Assembly (NCBI RefSeq): GCF_022045235.1
Contig: NW_027266286.1
Span: 55,676,001-55,740,000 of the forward strand
Length of the DNA: 64,000 bases
Direction: 5' to 3'
Origin: Haliotis cracherodii
Taxonomy: Eukaryota
The position numbers and the translations under genes are program-made. Below, one piece after another: positions 28,188 to 42,045 of this stretch; position 1 is the first letter of the stretch; every line of letters begins with the position of its first letter. The notes beneath the pieces were generated by a model. The model made no database searches. It saw only the letters and a program-made list of their open reading frames with translations, and was not told the origin of the DNA.

Positions 28188-28547
28188 GTGAGATGAGGTG
28201 AAATGGGGTTTAACGTCGCGTCCAAGATTATTGCACTTATATAGCGACGTGCATGCACGTGTGTGTGTGTGTGTGTGTGGCTGCTTGTACTAGACCGGAC
28301 TAATGCCGATTTATAGTGCTAGCTCACTGAGATACCATGCCGCAGTTTAACATGAATATCCCACTCAGACACAGTATACTGACTCCGAGCCGACCAGTCC
28401 TTGTTTTAGCATCTTAATGCCGAGCGCCAGACAGGGTAACAACAAGTACCATCTTTTAACGTCTTTTGGTATGACGCAGTCAGGAATCGAACCCCGGGCA
28501 TTCCGCTCTCCGGGCGGACGCTCTACCACTAGACCACGGAGACGGTC
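28188..28547 (-). mobile_element. SINE family 3
   Basis: TSD atgtcYtcttatg. Confidence 0.9.
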
Positions 28548-29064
28548 ATGTCTTCTTATGACCCTTGGACATGAAGGGCCTGAACGTGTCATCGCCTACT
28601 TCGGTATTTCCTTAAACCGATTCCATTGTTGAGACCAGTTACGCATTTCTATCATCAAATACGGAATAAGCTGGTCGTTTAATGGCGTATTAATGTAATC
28701 TCTTTCTGGTGACGGAATTGGATATACATTTTGCTAAAAAAAAAAATATTTGAATCTCCATAAACAGGATGATAGTAGTTAAGGGGTTTGTTTTTTGGTT
28801 TAATGTATCTGAATTACTCATGAAAGAGCTTGCACTTAATGAATCACAAAACCAGCCCTGAACACATTGTCATCGGTTGCAAATTGTGATGTCTATATGG
28901 GTGTTTGTATATTAATTCATACATTTTCAAATGTTTTCATATAGGGGAATCATTTGGGTCCAGTATGATCTGTATAGAATGGAATTTAAATGACCAAATA
29001 CTGAGTAACTAACTTACTCAACGGATGTAGACGTACATCAAAGAGTGAAATCGACAATCATGTG

Positions 29065-29124
29065 TATATATGAAATAGACTAGCTGTGTATGTATGTACT
29101 CTGAATCTGCGCTGTTACAACAGG
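29065..29124 (+). promoter_or_regulatory. Candidate TATA box and non-coding exon 1 of gene B
   Basis: TATATA at 29065, strong donor CAGG|gtgagt at 29124/29125. Shares atactgag, agacgt and agct.tgtat words with 14712-14802 upstream of gene A. Confidence 0.4.
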
Positions 29125-30083
29125 GTGAGTTTCGCTATTTGTTCAAAACACGATATATATTTAGTTAGTTTTTGGTATATGTCCTATATACATGAATCTA
29201 GGCTTTAATTCATTTATAATTATAAAGAGAAAGAATCCTTTACAATTCTCCATTTATTTTACAAGCAAATGATTCGATACCATTTGAATTATTGCGTTCA
29301 TATGGCAATTAATATAATGGCCTTTTGAAATCCAATGATGTAAATACGAAAAATGATAAAAAATGAAATGATCTCTTATTCAAAATAGCTCCAAGTAGAG
29401 TGATTACAATACACTAACATGGCTTAAACACTGATAGACAATGTCGTTCAATTGATGAATGTTGATTTAAAACGTGACCATTCGCAGAGTAAAAGACGTT
29501 TTTTTTCATTAATAGGTATACTATAGAAAATAGACATAAGTGTATCAATTTCAAATAATGACATCTGAAACTAACTGATATAATAGCTGAAACGTCGCAC
29601 TAATTGTAATAAAGAAGTTGTTCATCCATAGAACTTGTCTTACTTCAGCTGAATGCATGTATGTCATATATGTATTACACAACTCAATTTTATGTAGGAT
29701 ATATCGTTTGTATGATATTATAGGACATATTTTAAAATGGCTGAAAAAGATTATAAGCTTCTCGATGGGTAAGTTTTGGAATCGTAGAAGAACATCGTCG
29801 CGTTGTTGCCCTTATAAAAAAAGGCAAAACTTGTCAAAATTAACCAAGTGTCAATGCAACAACGTGACATTTTGACCATTTGTCGCATTATCACGTTGTC
29901 GCATTGTTGTGCTTTAAATAAAAAAAATTACTTTTACCAAAGGGTAACAATGTTGAAAGTAAAAGAAATATCATTCAATGCGTGACAATGCCATAACTGG
30001 CTAAAATGTCGCGTTGTCGCATAGTCGCGCTTGGTTAATTCCTTGTGCATATAATACCATAATATTATTTCAGTGTCAGCGCG

Positions 30084-31608
30084 ATGAAAGGTCAGCTGGT
30101 ATGCCTTTATCTGGCAATATTTCTGCATGTCATCATAGCAGATTCCAGGCAATCTGCAGACAAAGCTCTGTCGCGACCGGAAGGATTTGACTTTCGTGCT
30201 CTACTCCGTGGGTTGAAGTCTGCCGGCTCTCTCGTTAAGGCTATCACCAACATACTAGGATTGAGGGAAACGGATTTTGGTACGTTCATCAACGGTTTAC
30301 CCTTCTTGGATCTTCCTGCCAGCCATCATGCGCTTGCCCACTTTGATGACTTGATGAAGAGAGACAGGAACATGACGGTGATTCAGAAGGCCCGTGTTGA
30401 GAAGCTGATGGCGAAGCTGCAATACAGCATGGAGATGAAGACAGAGCTCGGTACTTGCGATAACGGTAAGGCGCTGTTCTTCCTCCTCCATCTCACAATA
30501 AGTGATGTTCATTTAATGCACACACACACACACACACCCTGGTCATTCCCTTACCTACATAATAGCATATCCAGCAATGGAGTAGTGATATTGGATAAAC
30601 AAAAATTGAAATTGATATTATCTAGCCCTCAGCATGTTGTCTTAATCTTAAATAAAAGCGACAAAATCCTTTCCTCATTCATAAGAAATCTCTGCCAAAA
30701 GCCGATTCCGACTGTATTAAGACCATGTGTTTATAAATAACTACACTTCCCGTGAAGATCAGGGGCAAATAGGTCTTCAGCAACCCATGCTTGCCGTAAA
30801 AGGCGGCTATTCTTGTCGTAAGAGGCGACTAACGGGATCGGGTGGTCAGGCTCGCTGACTTGGTTGATGCATGTCATCGATCCCAATGCCTGGATCGATG
30901 CTCCTGTTGTCAATCACTTGATTGTCTGGTCCAGACTCGATTACTTACAGACCGCCGTCATAGAGCTGTAATATTGCTGAGTGCGGCGTTAAACAATAAA
31001 CAAACAAACAAATAACTAACTAAACAAATGGTGATGACAGATGTTCGGGAAAAGGTGAGCGTATCCTGCCCCACCGGTGGCAGCAACCACAAACCCAAAG
31101 ACTAAATGTAAATATCAAGCTCTCAAGAAAAGAGAGAAACATATTTGCAGTAATAGTGTACAATACTTTAAAATAACCTAGGCGCTATACATTTTATAAT
31201 GTGAAATCTCTACATGTTTAATGGGCAGGTGCCCTCTTTACGAAACAAACTGATACATTGAAATTACTAAACTTGATCCTGATCGAACCTTGATCGATGT
31301 GTCCGACCCTGAGATCCTAATATTTACATGATAAATAGAAATTAACTGTGCGTTTTTAATATCAAGCAATATTACTATAAAAGTCATAAAGGCTATATTA
31401 TCATATGAATTGTTATAGTTCCGTTTTTGTTATTTCCTGGAGTTCCGTGTCTAGGTGTATGGGAATAATGCTTAAAGCGGAGTAAAATCATCCCAAACAG
31501 CCACACTTACTGATAATGTTTTGTCATTGGGTTTCAGGGGCCACGGCGTCAACGCTGCCGATGACTAGTCTGATGTTGCCGGTCATCTATGCAGTGGTCT
31601 CCATCTAG
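30084..31608 (+). CDS. Gene B: single-domain paralog of A, predicted GPI-anchored (150 aa)
   Basis: Acceptor tttcag ends 30073. Exons 30084-30465 (G|gtaagg) and 31538-31608 (tttcag|...TAG), phase 1. MKGQLVCLYLAIFLHVIIA-DSRQSADKALSRPEG-FDFRALLRGLKSAG...KTELGTCDN-GATASTLPMTSLMLPVIYAVVSI*. Last exon is clearly homologous to A's (LMLPV). AATAAA at 31747. Confidence 0.85.
30749..31012 (+). mobile_element. SINE-like family 2, in gene B intron
   Basis: Full copy; flanking direct repeat aaataacta. Confidence 0.85.
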
Positions 31609-34599
31609 GCATCCCAGCATGCACCTGGCATATCTATCCTCGACGCAGTGAACCCATGTTTAAACTGGATGCAGCAGTTAAATTTCGGGGAAATTACTAC
31701 ATATAAACTGCAACTGGAAGCAAATACTGGACAACTGGATTAAGCCAATAAATGACAAATGTTATCAAGACGGTCCTAGCTTGAAAACAAGTTGCCGAAA
31801 CACGCCAAAGTTAAGGTCCAAAACAGAACTATTTTACCCGTATCAAATACATAACCATCGTTTAACCTTTTCTTGTTTGTTTCATTTTTAGCCACCATCA
31901 AGCATGGGAGTATACTTTCTTTGCCTGGAAGTTTATATTGTTCAACATAGTAGGTGGATCGATGATACCTTCGATGATAGGCTCATTTAACGAAAACAAT
32001 CTTCTGCAATGTGTTTCCTTTTATATAAATTGGGGTTTGTTCTGGTTAAGTATGTTTTTCCGGAATTATGTCCACGAAGGTAATAAAACACTTATTATGA
32101 AATGTATGTTTCAATAATGAGTGAGTACATGAGTGAGTTCGGTTTAACGCCGCTTTTAACAGTATTACAGTTATATCGCGGCGTGTCCGCTTAATGTGGG
32201 AGGAAAGCCCGAAGTGATGCAATGGTATAAATGAAATACTGTTAAAAGCGGCGTCAAACTAAATCCACACACCACTCATTCACCCGTTCATCCGTTCACC
32301 CACCAACTATTGTCGTGTCTATTTGCAACAGAGTTGTGTCCCTTGGTCCATATGATACTCGTTTCCACTCGGTTAATTCCGACAAATACACAGAGCTCGG
32401 AAATAACGGAATCACTAATTCGAGAGTATATCGCTTAAAGTTCATAAACAGCTAACTATATGTGTAACAATTAGATGCGCAGTTGGACTTTGAGCAGAAA
32501 GAAGAGAAACATACTTTTTATAAAATCTCCCGTCACGACTGTCACAAGGTAGGCATGAATCATGTGATAGTCACGTGAACAAAACACGCACTGATCGCTT
32601 TCGTTAACCACTCGCGTCTTTCCGTAACCTACAGGAAGACTCGTCCCTTTCTCGATGGCCGCCATGGGTCGAAACAGCGCAAGCCAATGAGAATGCGCGG
32701 AAGGATTTGAGTACTTTGACCAATATAATCCCTTATACATGGTATAGGATTATTAAATGGTGTTTGTGGAATGTTGGGAGGGAGGGTAGATTGTCAGTTC
32801 ACAGTGCGACTTATACGGATAACAGAACTGAATTGCATTAATTGTGGTTGTCACTTATTGGACCGTGCAGGATGATAACCCCCCTTACGTTTGCTCATGT
32901 TCAGGAAACGGCACACTTGACAGCGACATACTTTCCATTGAACTAGAACTTAGCTTTAAAAAACTATGGATGTTGATAACAGACCAAGAGTTGAAAAATG
33001 AAGTAACTGAAATAATCATCAGTTTCAAAACAATATATATGCCTAAAGTCTCGTTATGAATATTGTCATAAATTTTTGTTTCGGACATTTCAGTCATTTT
33101 TGCACTTATTTACACATTTGTTTGTAGCATACCATGATTTTTAATGCTTCAGTAAAGACAATAAAGCATGAGTCAGTTTCATACCATCTTTCCGGGGCAA
33201 GGGAGTAAACTGACTTTAAAAGTTGAGTTGAAACTGGACTTTTTATAGACAGTTAACTTTCTTGCCTCGGGAAGATGGTTTCATACTGAAATATAAGAAA
33301 TATTAAGGAGATGTTTGAAGTACATCTGTATGGAATCCTTCGTGACTTGTAGGAGTCTCCGTTCTGATCGATTTGGTTTTATCACGTAGACAGTGGCGGT
33401 CAAGATATGCTTTGTGAATATGATGAATCGAGTTATGAGAAACTGTATTGCAGCTGAGTAAATTAAAACATTCCTTCTTTAAACTATATTCACATGTCGA
33501 CAGTAAAGGGAATCAGTCAGAATAAAACATAAATAAACATTCAAGAGACTTCAACTGAATTTAAAATTCAGGAGAACAAATATATAAAGGAAGCTATTTA
33601 AAGGAAAACATGCATCTTGTTACGCGGGTGAGTGATGTAGGACCTTCTGAAGCCTCCTCCCTAAAAGCAGGTCACGTGTATCAGAGTGTGTCAGCTTCAA
33701 GTGAGAGGAAAGACAAACGTGACGCAGGTTGAATCTGAAGCTCCAGCTAGGGGAAGTTTGACTATATATATATACATACTAGTATATAGCCTGTGGCGGT
33801 TACAAAACAAGAATCATCTTCGATTCAACAACAAATGAAATAATGAAAACGTAATTTTATTACGGCGCTGCGAACACTGACAAGATCATCAGCTTCACTA
33901 TCATAGATGAGGAGAGATCACTCCTACATCTTTTGAACAGAATACGTTCCTGAAATGAAGAACAAAAAGTAAATAAAATGTCGAATGTTCTTTCAAATAT
34001 CAATAAATGCGCCCATTCACGATGTGCAATTTAAGTAATATTCAAGTAATAAGTAAATTCATGATTGAATAAAAATAATTCTCATTTTTTTTTTGTAATT
34101 AATAACAATACATTGAGTGACGGGGAGAATGATGTTTTATGGTGGAATAAAACAAAGATATAAACACAAATGGACGAGGTGAGTCCAACAGATTTGCATT
34201 GTTTGGTCACTTCAAACATTTGCCATTTTAAGTAGGAGAAAGCAAATTATTAAGTGACTTATTAAGTAAAGCCGTATACCCATAACATCGCAAAAATATA
34301 ATTTCTGTTTTCTTCGATAAAAAAAGGTCTGTTTGTATTACTGTAGTGTGCAACAAATGTTTATTCAGTATCACCCAAAATAACTTCTTTAATTACATGG
34401 ATGTTATTTGTGCAGATATAGATATAGAGCTGTATCATGCTACGTTGAGATTGAGCGCCGTCATTACGATTCTCATCGTCATGAAGATGAGCCTCCGTTT
34501 CCTAAACCAGCCTTAAATAGTTTGGAATATGACCACGCTTTGTCAAATCTACTTAGTCTATCTACAATTCAACTCGACGCGGTCGCCGGTCATCGCCTG

Positions 34600-34880
34600 T
34601 CAGACGTGTGACGTCATGACAACACGGGAGATAACTGAGGAAACTGAGTCACCCTGACCATCTGAGCGGATGCTTCCAACTGTCCTCCCGACACGACCCT
34701 CCTACGACGAGCAAAGAGGCTGTGTCATGAATATATGGCACCACCTACTGAATCACCCACGGAAACAATGTTGCAGAATGACAAGGTTCCCAGCTTCCCT
34801 ATATAATGGTACCGACTCAGTGTTCAACATAGAAGCTGAACCGAAGCTGACCTACCTACAGTTCTATATCTCAGAGAAAG
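34600..34880 (+). promoter_or_regulatory. Promoter and non-coding exon 1 of gene C
   Basis: CRE TGACGTCA at 34609, AP-1-like TGAGTCA at 34645, TATATAA at 34800, strong donor AAAG|gtaagc at 34880/34881. The block is conserved upstream of gene D. Confidence 0.7.
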
Positions 34881-34957
34881 GTAAGCGTTTCTGTTAATAA
34901 TGATATAACATTGTTAAAATATGTCAATAGTTTGCTTAGTACGTCGGAGAGCAGATA

Positions 34958-35212
34958 TTTATTTGTTTGTTTGTTGTTTAACGCCGCACTCAGCAATATT
35001 CCAGCTATATGACGACGATATGTGAATAATCAAGTCTGGACCAGACAATCCAGTGATTGACATCATGATCCACGCAATTGGGATATGATGACATGCATCA
35101 ACCAAGTCCGCGAGCCTGACCACTCGGTCCCGTTCGTCGCCTCTTACGACAAGCATAGTCGCCATTTGCGGCAAGAATCGGTTGCTGAAGACCTATTCTA
35201 CCCCGGATCTTC
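34958..35212 (-). mobile_element. SINE-like family 2, in gene C intron 1
   Basis: Reverse copy; absent from the gene D intron 1. Confidence 0.85.
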
Positions 35213-35864
35213 ATTTACAGATACTTACTGGAACTAAACATGAATACTCTCGTTAAAACATTCTTGAAAATACCCGCCTGCAAAGACCGTCCGAGACTTT
35301 ATATGTGTTTGGCAATATCATTGCTTCAGTCTTCAACAAATTTAGAACTCGAGGAGCCTAGTCGTCTAAGACACGGGACTTGCGTCACTTAGAACTATGC
35401 CTGGATCCTAGGATCGTGGGTTAAAATATCACCGTGATCGTGAGTCTTGCTTTGTAAGCAACATAACGTGCTCGTGGTTCAGCACGTGGTAATTAAACGT
35501 CATCACTTTGTAATGTAGCTGAAGTACTGTTCAAGCAGCATTACACCCAGCCCACTCAAAGGAAAAACAATTAAATAAAGTTATAAACACAAGTGATAGC
35601 GATAGTATGCATGTTTCAGGAATCAACAAATTGAAATTAGTTGGTATCATCCTTCAGCAAATGCCGTCGATATTTCCCGATTGGCCTTCGAATATAACCC
35701 AAAAAAACTTTCACCTGAATATTCAAGTGAACCTTATTTTTTTAGCTTGCAAACTTGGAATGAACTGTTTACTAGTTACACTGCGTGATAAATATATATT
35801 TATTAAAATGCATTTATAAGACGAAATGCATGTTTTATTGCCATCCTCTTAATTCCAAAGAGAA

Positions 35865-36080
35865 CGCCAGAAACCTATGATTGTGGGTTCAAATTCCCTG
35901 TTCGCCCCGATTATGCTTCTAGGTTTGTCAGCACCATACCCGTGCTCGTGGGTTTCACCGAAGTGGTAAACGTCTAAGACCTGCATCGCTTCTGGTTTTC
36001 CTCCCACATCAAGCTGACATGCTGTGATATAACTGGAATTCTGTTAAAAGCGGTGTTAAACCCAACTCACTCACTCACTC
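35865..36080 (+). mobile_element. SINE family 4 (5'-truncated), in gene C intron 1
   Basis: Body and tail match 42110-42316. Confidence 0.8.
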
Positions 36081-36434
36081 TAAATTCCAAATATAGACCA
36101 GTGATAGGCATGTGATATGGATTCCCTTCCCATACGTGAACTATTTACAACTCTGTTATATTCTGTCTTCGGTGTTATGCATAAATTAATGGAAATTTCA
36201 AAGTTGGCATGGGCCAACATGGAAGTAGTGTTGCTTTGTAAATTTGATCAAGTTTACAAATATAAACCCATCACAGTCTACGTCAGACATGGTTCCAAAT
36301 TGGAAATGACACGAGACACATTGCAGTTCAGCAGACTCGATGACCCTTGTTCTGATCACCGTACAACGGAAGTGACTACACGTACATCAACCCACTCATT
36401 TAGCATTACGTTAGAGGAGGCTATCCATGCTTAA

Positions 36435-36806
36435 GTGAGGTGAGGTGAGGTGAAATGGGGTTTAACGTCGCGTCCAAGATTATTGCACTTATATAGCGAC
36501 CTGCATGTACGTGTGTGTGTTTGTGTGGCTGCTTGTACTAGTCCGGACTGATGCCTATTTATAGTGCTAGCCCAATGAGATACCATGCCGCAGTTTAACA
36601 TGAATACCCCACTCAGACACAGTATACTGACTCCGAGCCGAACAGTCCTTGTTTTAGCCCCGTAATGCCGAACGCCAGACAGGGTAGCAACAAGTACCAT
36701 CTTTTATATTTTATTGGTATGATGCGGCCGGGGATCGAACCCCGGACCTTCCGCTCTCCGGGCTCAGTCCGGGCGGAAGCTCTACCACTAGACCACTGCG
36801 ACGGTC
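36435..36806 (-). mobile_element. SINE family 3, in gene C intron 1
   Basis: TSD atgcttaagt. Confidence 0.9.
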
Positions 36807-37409
36807 CAATGCTTAAGTACTTTATATTGTTGAAGTTATTGTTTCCACAACTTCTAAATGTGTCATCACTGAGTTTAAGTGATCAATGCGTGTGATTTTG
36901 CCTCTTACGTCAAATGGAATCGGTTTCTATGGATGATCGAGGCTGCTTATTCTCTGCCGTTGACGTTTTATACCTGAGTGGGTGAGTGAGTGATTGAGTG
37001 AGTGATGTCACTTGGAACAGTAGTTCGGTTATGTCAGCTTAATGTTGGAGAAAGTCCTAGAGGGTCTCCGAGCATAGGTGGTCTGCAAACAAGGGGTCAC
37101 CATCAGGGGGAATCTGGGATTCGAACCCATGGCAGACCTAAATGACGCAAGACTGCTTATGTGATCAGCATCCCGGAAGACTATGTCAAAGTGCCTTCCA
37201 TCGTTTCTTAGGGATCTCTGAACAAAGACCAACTCTTTGTATTGTGAAAGTGCCCTCGGCTATGTTAAAGAAATAATTACTATTATTGTTGTGATTATTG
37301 TTGTGATTTAAAACCAACATTAAACCAAATTTGCGGATTGATATGAAGGGAAAATAAAACGAATAATCATTAATATTGCCATGTAACTTTATATCTCTAA
37401 TTCAGAAAC

Positions 37410-38504
37410 ATGCAGTCCTCCATCGCCCTCCTGTGCCTCGTTGTCCTGGTGTGCGTGCACTCCACCGTGACCGACACCCTGGACACCCAGGACACCCACC
37501 TGTCACGTCATAGACGTGTGAGATCTGTGGGGGACATCGTAGACGGACTGACCACCAACTTCAATAAATATCTGTCATCTGTTTTCGACGTGGACGAGGA
37601 CGACTTCAAGGACATCCTGAAGGCGCTGGGGAAACTGAAGTTGGCGGTACTGAAGGCACTCCTGAATAAATTCTTTGACTTGAAGGACAAACACCACGAT
37701 TTTGGAAGCGCAGAAAATTTCCAGAGAGTTTCCCAAATGATGGAATCCTTGGAGGCAGACATTCAACAGCAGGAAGTAACCAGCGGTGTCACCCAAGACA
37801 CCCAACTGCCCCGCCCTGTGGATGACATCGTGGACGGACTGACCACCAAGTTCAGTAAATATCTGTCATCTGTTTTCGACGTGGACGAGGACGACTTCAA
37901 GGACATCCTGAAGGCGCTGGGGAAACTCAAGTTGGCAGTTCTGAAGGCACTCCTGAATAAATTCTTTGACTTGAAGGACAAGCACCACGATTTTGGAAGC
38001 GCAGAAAATTTCCAGAGAGTTTCCCAGATGATGGAATCCTTGGAGGCAGATATTCAACAGAAGGAGGCAAGCAGCGGTAAGTGTTTTGTACTGTAGTGCG
38101 GCAGTTTTACCGTTATATATTGATTAATTGAATAAATTGAAAAATATTAATTGGATAATACAGACACCAAATATACAATAAAAGCAATGAGCGTTTTGAA
38201 TGTCAACGTCGGTTGAGACAGCTTATTTACAGCAAATATGCATCAATATATCAAATTAATTAACAATCGTTGTAGCCAGTTACCACTATTATTAGGAGAA
38301 TTCACCATAAGATTAACCTGTTTTTTATAATATAAACATTCATGGTAGAAAATATGTTTAACTATGCACATTGTCATCAGATTAACATTATTGACTTGAT
38401 ATATGATGTGTTTTTGTCTTATTTCAGGGGCGCCTACACCTTACGTTACCATGACGTCATTGACAATTCCACTGCTGCCAGTGATAGCTAAAGTTTTAAA
38501 CTGA
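37410..38504 (+). CDS. Gene C: predicted GPI-anchored protein with an internally duplicated helical domain (247 aa)
   Basis: Acceptor ttcag ends 37405. Exons 37410-38076 (G|gtaagt) and 38428-38504 (tttcag|...TGA), phase 1. Signal MQSSIALLCLVVLVCVHS; pro ...DTHLSRHRRVR; two near-identical domains 291 nt apart; tail SSGAPTPYVTMTSLTIPLLPVIAKVLN*. AATAAA at 38545. Confidence 0.87.
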
Positions 38505-39279
38505 TCTGTGAGGAATATGTTATATTGTGTGTTGATGTCAGGGAAATAAAAATTCGTTTTTTAAACATGTCTATGTGTTTTTCTTCTGGTGCTAGAGAAA
38601 TACAAATTTGTGTATTCAATGTACCACGTGAATGAGTTCAGATTAGCTTAAGACAATTTTAAAAAGTTGTTCAGTTATATCACAGCATATCAACTTGATA
38701 TGGGAGGAAATAGAACGATCACATATATGGTGCTGACAAACCTGGAAACGTTATCAGGGTGCATCTGGAATTCGAACCCACGACTATAGTATTCTAGACT
38801 GCCTTGGCGATGCAGTTCTGCACAGTGCATTTTGGCGTTTCAGACGACGGGTCCACCCTGCATGTACACATGATGTTGCAGGGGATTGATAACATAGAGG
38901 AGTATATCACAGCACATCAAACGCTCAACTCAGACACCGTGACACTGTAATTTGACAATAACTGGATATCTGATGTTATATATCGCCAATATTTCACATA
39001 ATGCATATTCATACACATACTGTAAATAATCGAGTGTGGGTTAGATAATCTAGTGATTGATATAGCGAGCATCGTCTACGGTGTACGATGACAAACAACC
39101 AACCAGGACACCGAGCCTGACCTTCCGAAACATTTGGTCGCCAATAACGACCATCCTAAAAGGGATAGATAACCTAGTGATTGATATAGTGAGCAACGTA
39201 TTTGGTGTACGATGACAAACATTTTGTCGCCAATAACGACCATCTTAGGTTACTGGGGGCATATCATTCTATCACATAA

Positions 39280-39879
39280 TTCTTCCACCCCACAAAAGTC
39301 TTTGTTTCCCAAATGAATTGCAGAAGAAATGAGTGAGAGAAGTAGCATCTTGTCACAATTTTCCCCTTCGGCGCTAAACACGCTGTCTTCTATCACCTCT
39401 GAACAGACAGAACCGGCTTCAATCAGTGAAGACGACCCTCTTTCAGTCACGTCGCTGCCAACGACGTCGATCCGAGCCCATTTCGATCTCTGACGACGAT
39501 GTTGCGCTGTCAATAACTGACCTCTGTAAGGTCTGTAAGCCCTTAATAATTGAGCCCCGAGTCGGGCGTCGACTAACCTTATGCCCTAAGGCATTTGTCG
39601 CTGGTGACATCACTGTCAGGAATCGATTCCGGAGATGCAAAGTACGCAAATACTGGTCTTCATTGGGCGTAGTTACCCTGGGTCTTCCTGTTTTGGACCT
39701 GTCTGATGTCTGCCCGGACTGTCTATATCGTTGCATCTGCCCGGACTGTCTATATCGTTGCATCAGGTTAGTTAAAGCAAAACGGGAGCAACCAAAGATC
39801 TAGCACTGAGGGCATGGGTGGCTCCCATCTGTATCATACCCAGGGCCCGCTCATGGTGTTCGGGTGTCAATCGTGGCAT
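39280..39879 (-). pseudogene. Tc1/mariner transposase fragment
   Basis: MPRLTPEHHERALGMIQMG, then SDRSKTGRPRVTTPNEDQYLR..HLRNRF, then HRRQRSKWAR, then VFTD*SRFCLFRGD (degenerate FSDESRF). Frameshifts, stops and a 27-bp internal tandem duplication. Confidence 0.8.
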
Positions 39880-40203
39880 TTCTGTGGTGGGTTGTTTTGT
39901 AAGTGTGAGTGTCCGACGTGACGTCCGTATTATTTATATACCGTTATTGCACGTGCAGTTTCGGCGGTTTAAGCGGCACGTTTTTATCACTTGTTTTCAT
40001 TTCTACAAACATAAATCGCGTCGTGGACGTGTATCACTTTCTGCAAAGAGGAGTGTTGTGTTTGGGCGATGTGTTTTGCATAGTTCAAGTTGTTACCTTT
40101 AATGTGTTTGCAAATCCGGAACACAATACTAGCAACTTATAGCCTGGAAAGATTATGGTTTCACGCAGAAATATTCATTAGCTGTAGCGTTTGGGCAGGA
40201 AAC

Positions 40204-40493
40204 AGTGAGTGAGTGAGTGAGTGAGTTTGGTTTAACGCCGCTTTTAACAGTATTCCAGTTATATCACGGCGTGTCAGCTTAATGTGGGAGGAAAGCCCCA
40301 AGTGATGCAGGTCTCAGACCTTTACCACCTCGGTGAAACCCACGAGCATGGGTATGGTGCTGACAAACCCAGAAACATAATCGGGGCGAACCGGGATTCG
40401 AACCCACAATCATAGGTTTCTGGCATGCCAAAGGGACGCAACTCTGCACAGCGAATCGCGGCGCCTTAGACGACAGGGCCACCCGTGCCCCCG
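40204..40493 (-). mobile_element. SINE family 4 (tRNA-like head with expanded arm)
   Basis: ggggcacgggtggccc...tctaaggcg...ggttcgaatccc plus the shared tail; TSD gggcaggaaaca. Confidence 0.85.
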
Positions 40494-40504
40494 GGCAGGA
40501 AACA

Positions 40505-41075
40505 AACCTTAGTTGTTTGAGACTAAGTTCAAATTGTTTCCATGGAAACACAAGAAATTAAAAAAATACTTAAAATTGACAAATGTGAAAAGGGAATAGT
40601 TGACCATCTGGTCATTGCACAGTTTCATGCAAATATATTTATAAGTATGAGAGTTATAGCTCGAAAACCAAGCCTAGAGTTCTTTGATAGTCGGATTTCT
40701 TTCCATGGAAACGTAACAAAATATAATTTAGAAATTCAAAAAAGCAAAAGGTACCAGATCAGCTGATGAACAATGCATATGCCAAGTTTCTTTGAAATAT
40801 GTAAACGGTTTTCCGAAACGAATCCTGCACTCGTAGGTAGGAATTGTTTCCATGAAAAAATATATAATACTAATTCAAACATTTAATAATAGCTAAAAGG
40901 ACCAGTTCAGCTGATGACCAGTCCATATGCTAAGTGTCGTTGAAACCATTGTACGGTTTGCAAGTTATGGCTCGGAATAGGATAGGAACGCAAACGCAAA
41001 TGCGTATATATACACACATATGAATAAAGGTGCATGTGAACGGGGTATAAAGCGCCGCAAGCAGTTGTGCAGAGT
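40505..41075 (+). mobile_element. Second HINE-like element, related to 43036-43600
   Basis: Repeated tttccatggaaac, aaaagg..ccag..cagctgatga and catatgc.aagt modules; ends near cggggtataaa. Confidence 0.45.
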
Positions 41076-41487
41076 TGCGTCTCTCGAGACATATGATCGT
41101 TGTTTCGAATTTCAGATTCACCCTGATTTTGTTTCCAGGTATCTTTTACTTTTCACACACCCACTCACCCACTCACACTGTTTCCATGTGTCTAGTTGAG
41201 ATACACAGAGTTATGTCCCTTCTACCATGTGACACTCGTTTCTGCATTCGTCACCACTCGCGTGTTTCCGTAACCTACAAGAAGCCTGCCCAAGGATGAC
41301 ACGAATTGGTCATGAACCAAAATGCAACTCGAGATATGATGCAAAATGACTGCCAGAAGTAGAATTACTACATCCATACGATGTTAACAATGTTACAGTG
41401 TTTTATTTTTGTTTGTTTCTTGTTTTATTGCTTGAAAAAGCTGTCATTGTACTACGAATGTACACCGCATACAGGTAAACCTTTTTG

Positions 41488-41656
41488 GAGTGAGTGAGTG
41501 AGTTTGGTTTTACGCCGCTTTTAGCAATATTCCAGCAATATCACGGCGGGGGACACCAGAAATGGGCTTTACACATTGTACCCATGTCGGTATTCGAACC
41601 CGGGTCTCCGGCATGCCGAGCGAACGCTTTAACCACTAGGCTATCCGACTGCCCCT
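41488..41656 (-). mobile_element. SINE family 1
   Basis: Reverse copy. Confidence 0.85.
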
Positions 41657-42045
41657 CTATTTTGGAAAACAGCTCATAATGTGTAGAAGAAATTACATGA
41701 AAAAGTTTGACTTGATCATGAGGTAAAACGAAAAGGAAAGCACTTTATACATTATGAAGAGGTCATGACTGTCAGTGTACAGGAATGAAGGATGTGATGG
41801 CGCATCTTTCCATATCATCCAACTCCCCATCCGCTACCTACAAGAAGCCACGTCCCCTTTCTCGACGGCTGCGAGTCGAAACAGCACAGGCTGATCAGAG
41901 TACAACATCAATATAATCCCGTTTATGAAATTAAATACGGTAACGCGGGTATGCTTAAATTGTTGGATTGTCAGTTTCGGACCCGATGTATACGAATAAC
42001 ATATTTGAGGTGATAGAATTTAGGTTGTTACTTGTAGGATCATGT

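Noticed and set aside
34670-34897. Duplicated ORF (also 45141-45368) as a small protein gene
   Set aside because: It spans the TATA box and non-coding exon 1 of C/D and runs through the splice donor. The conservation is explained by promoter duplication.
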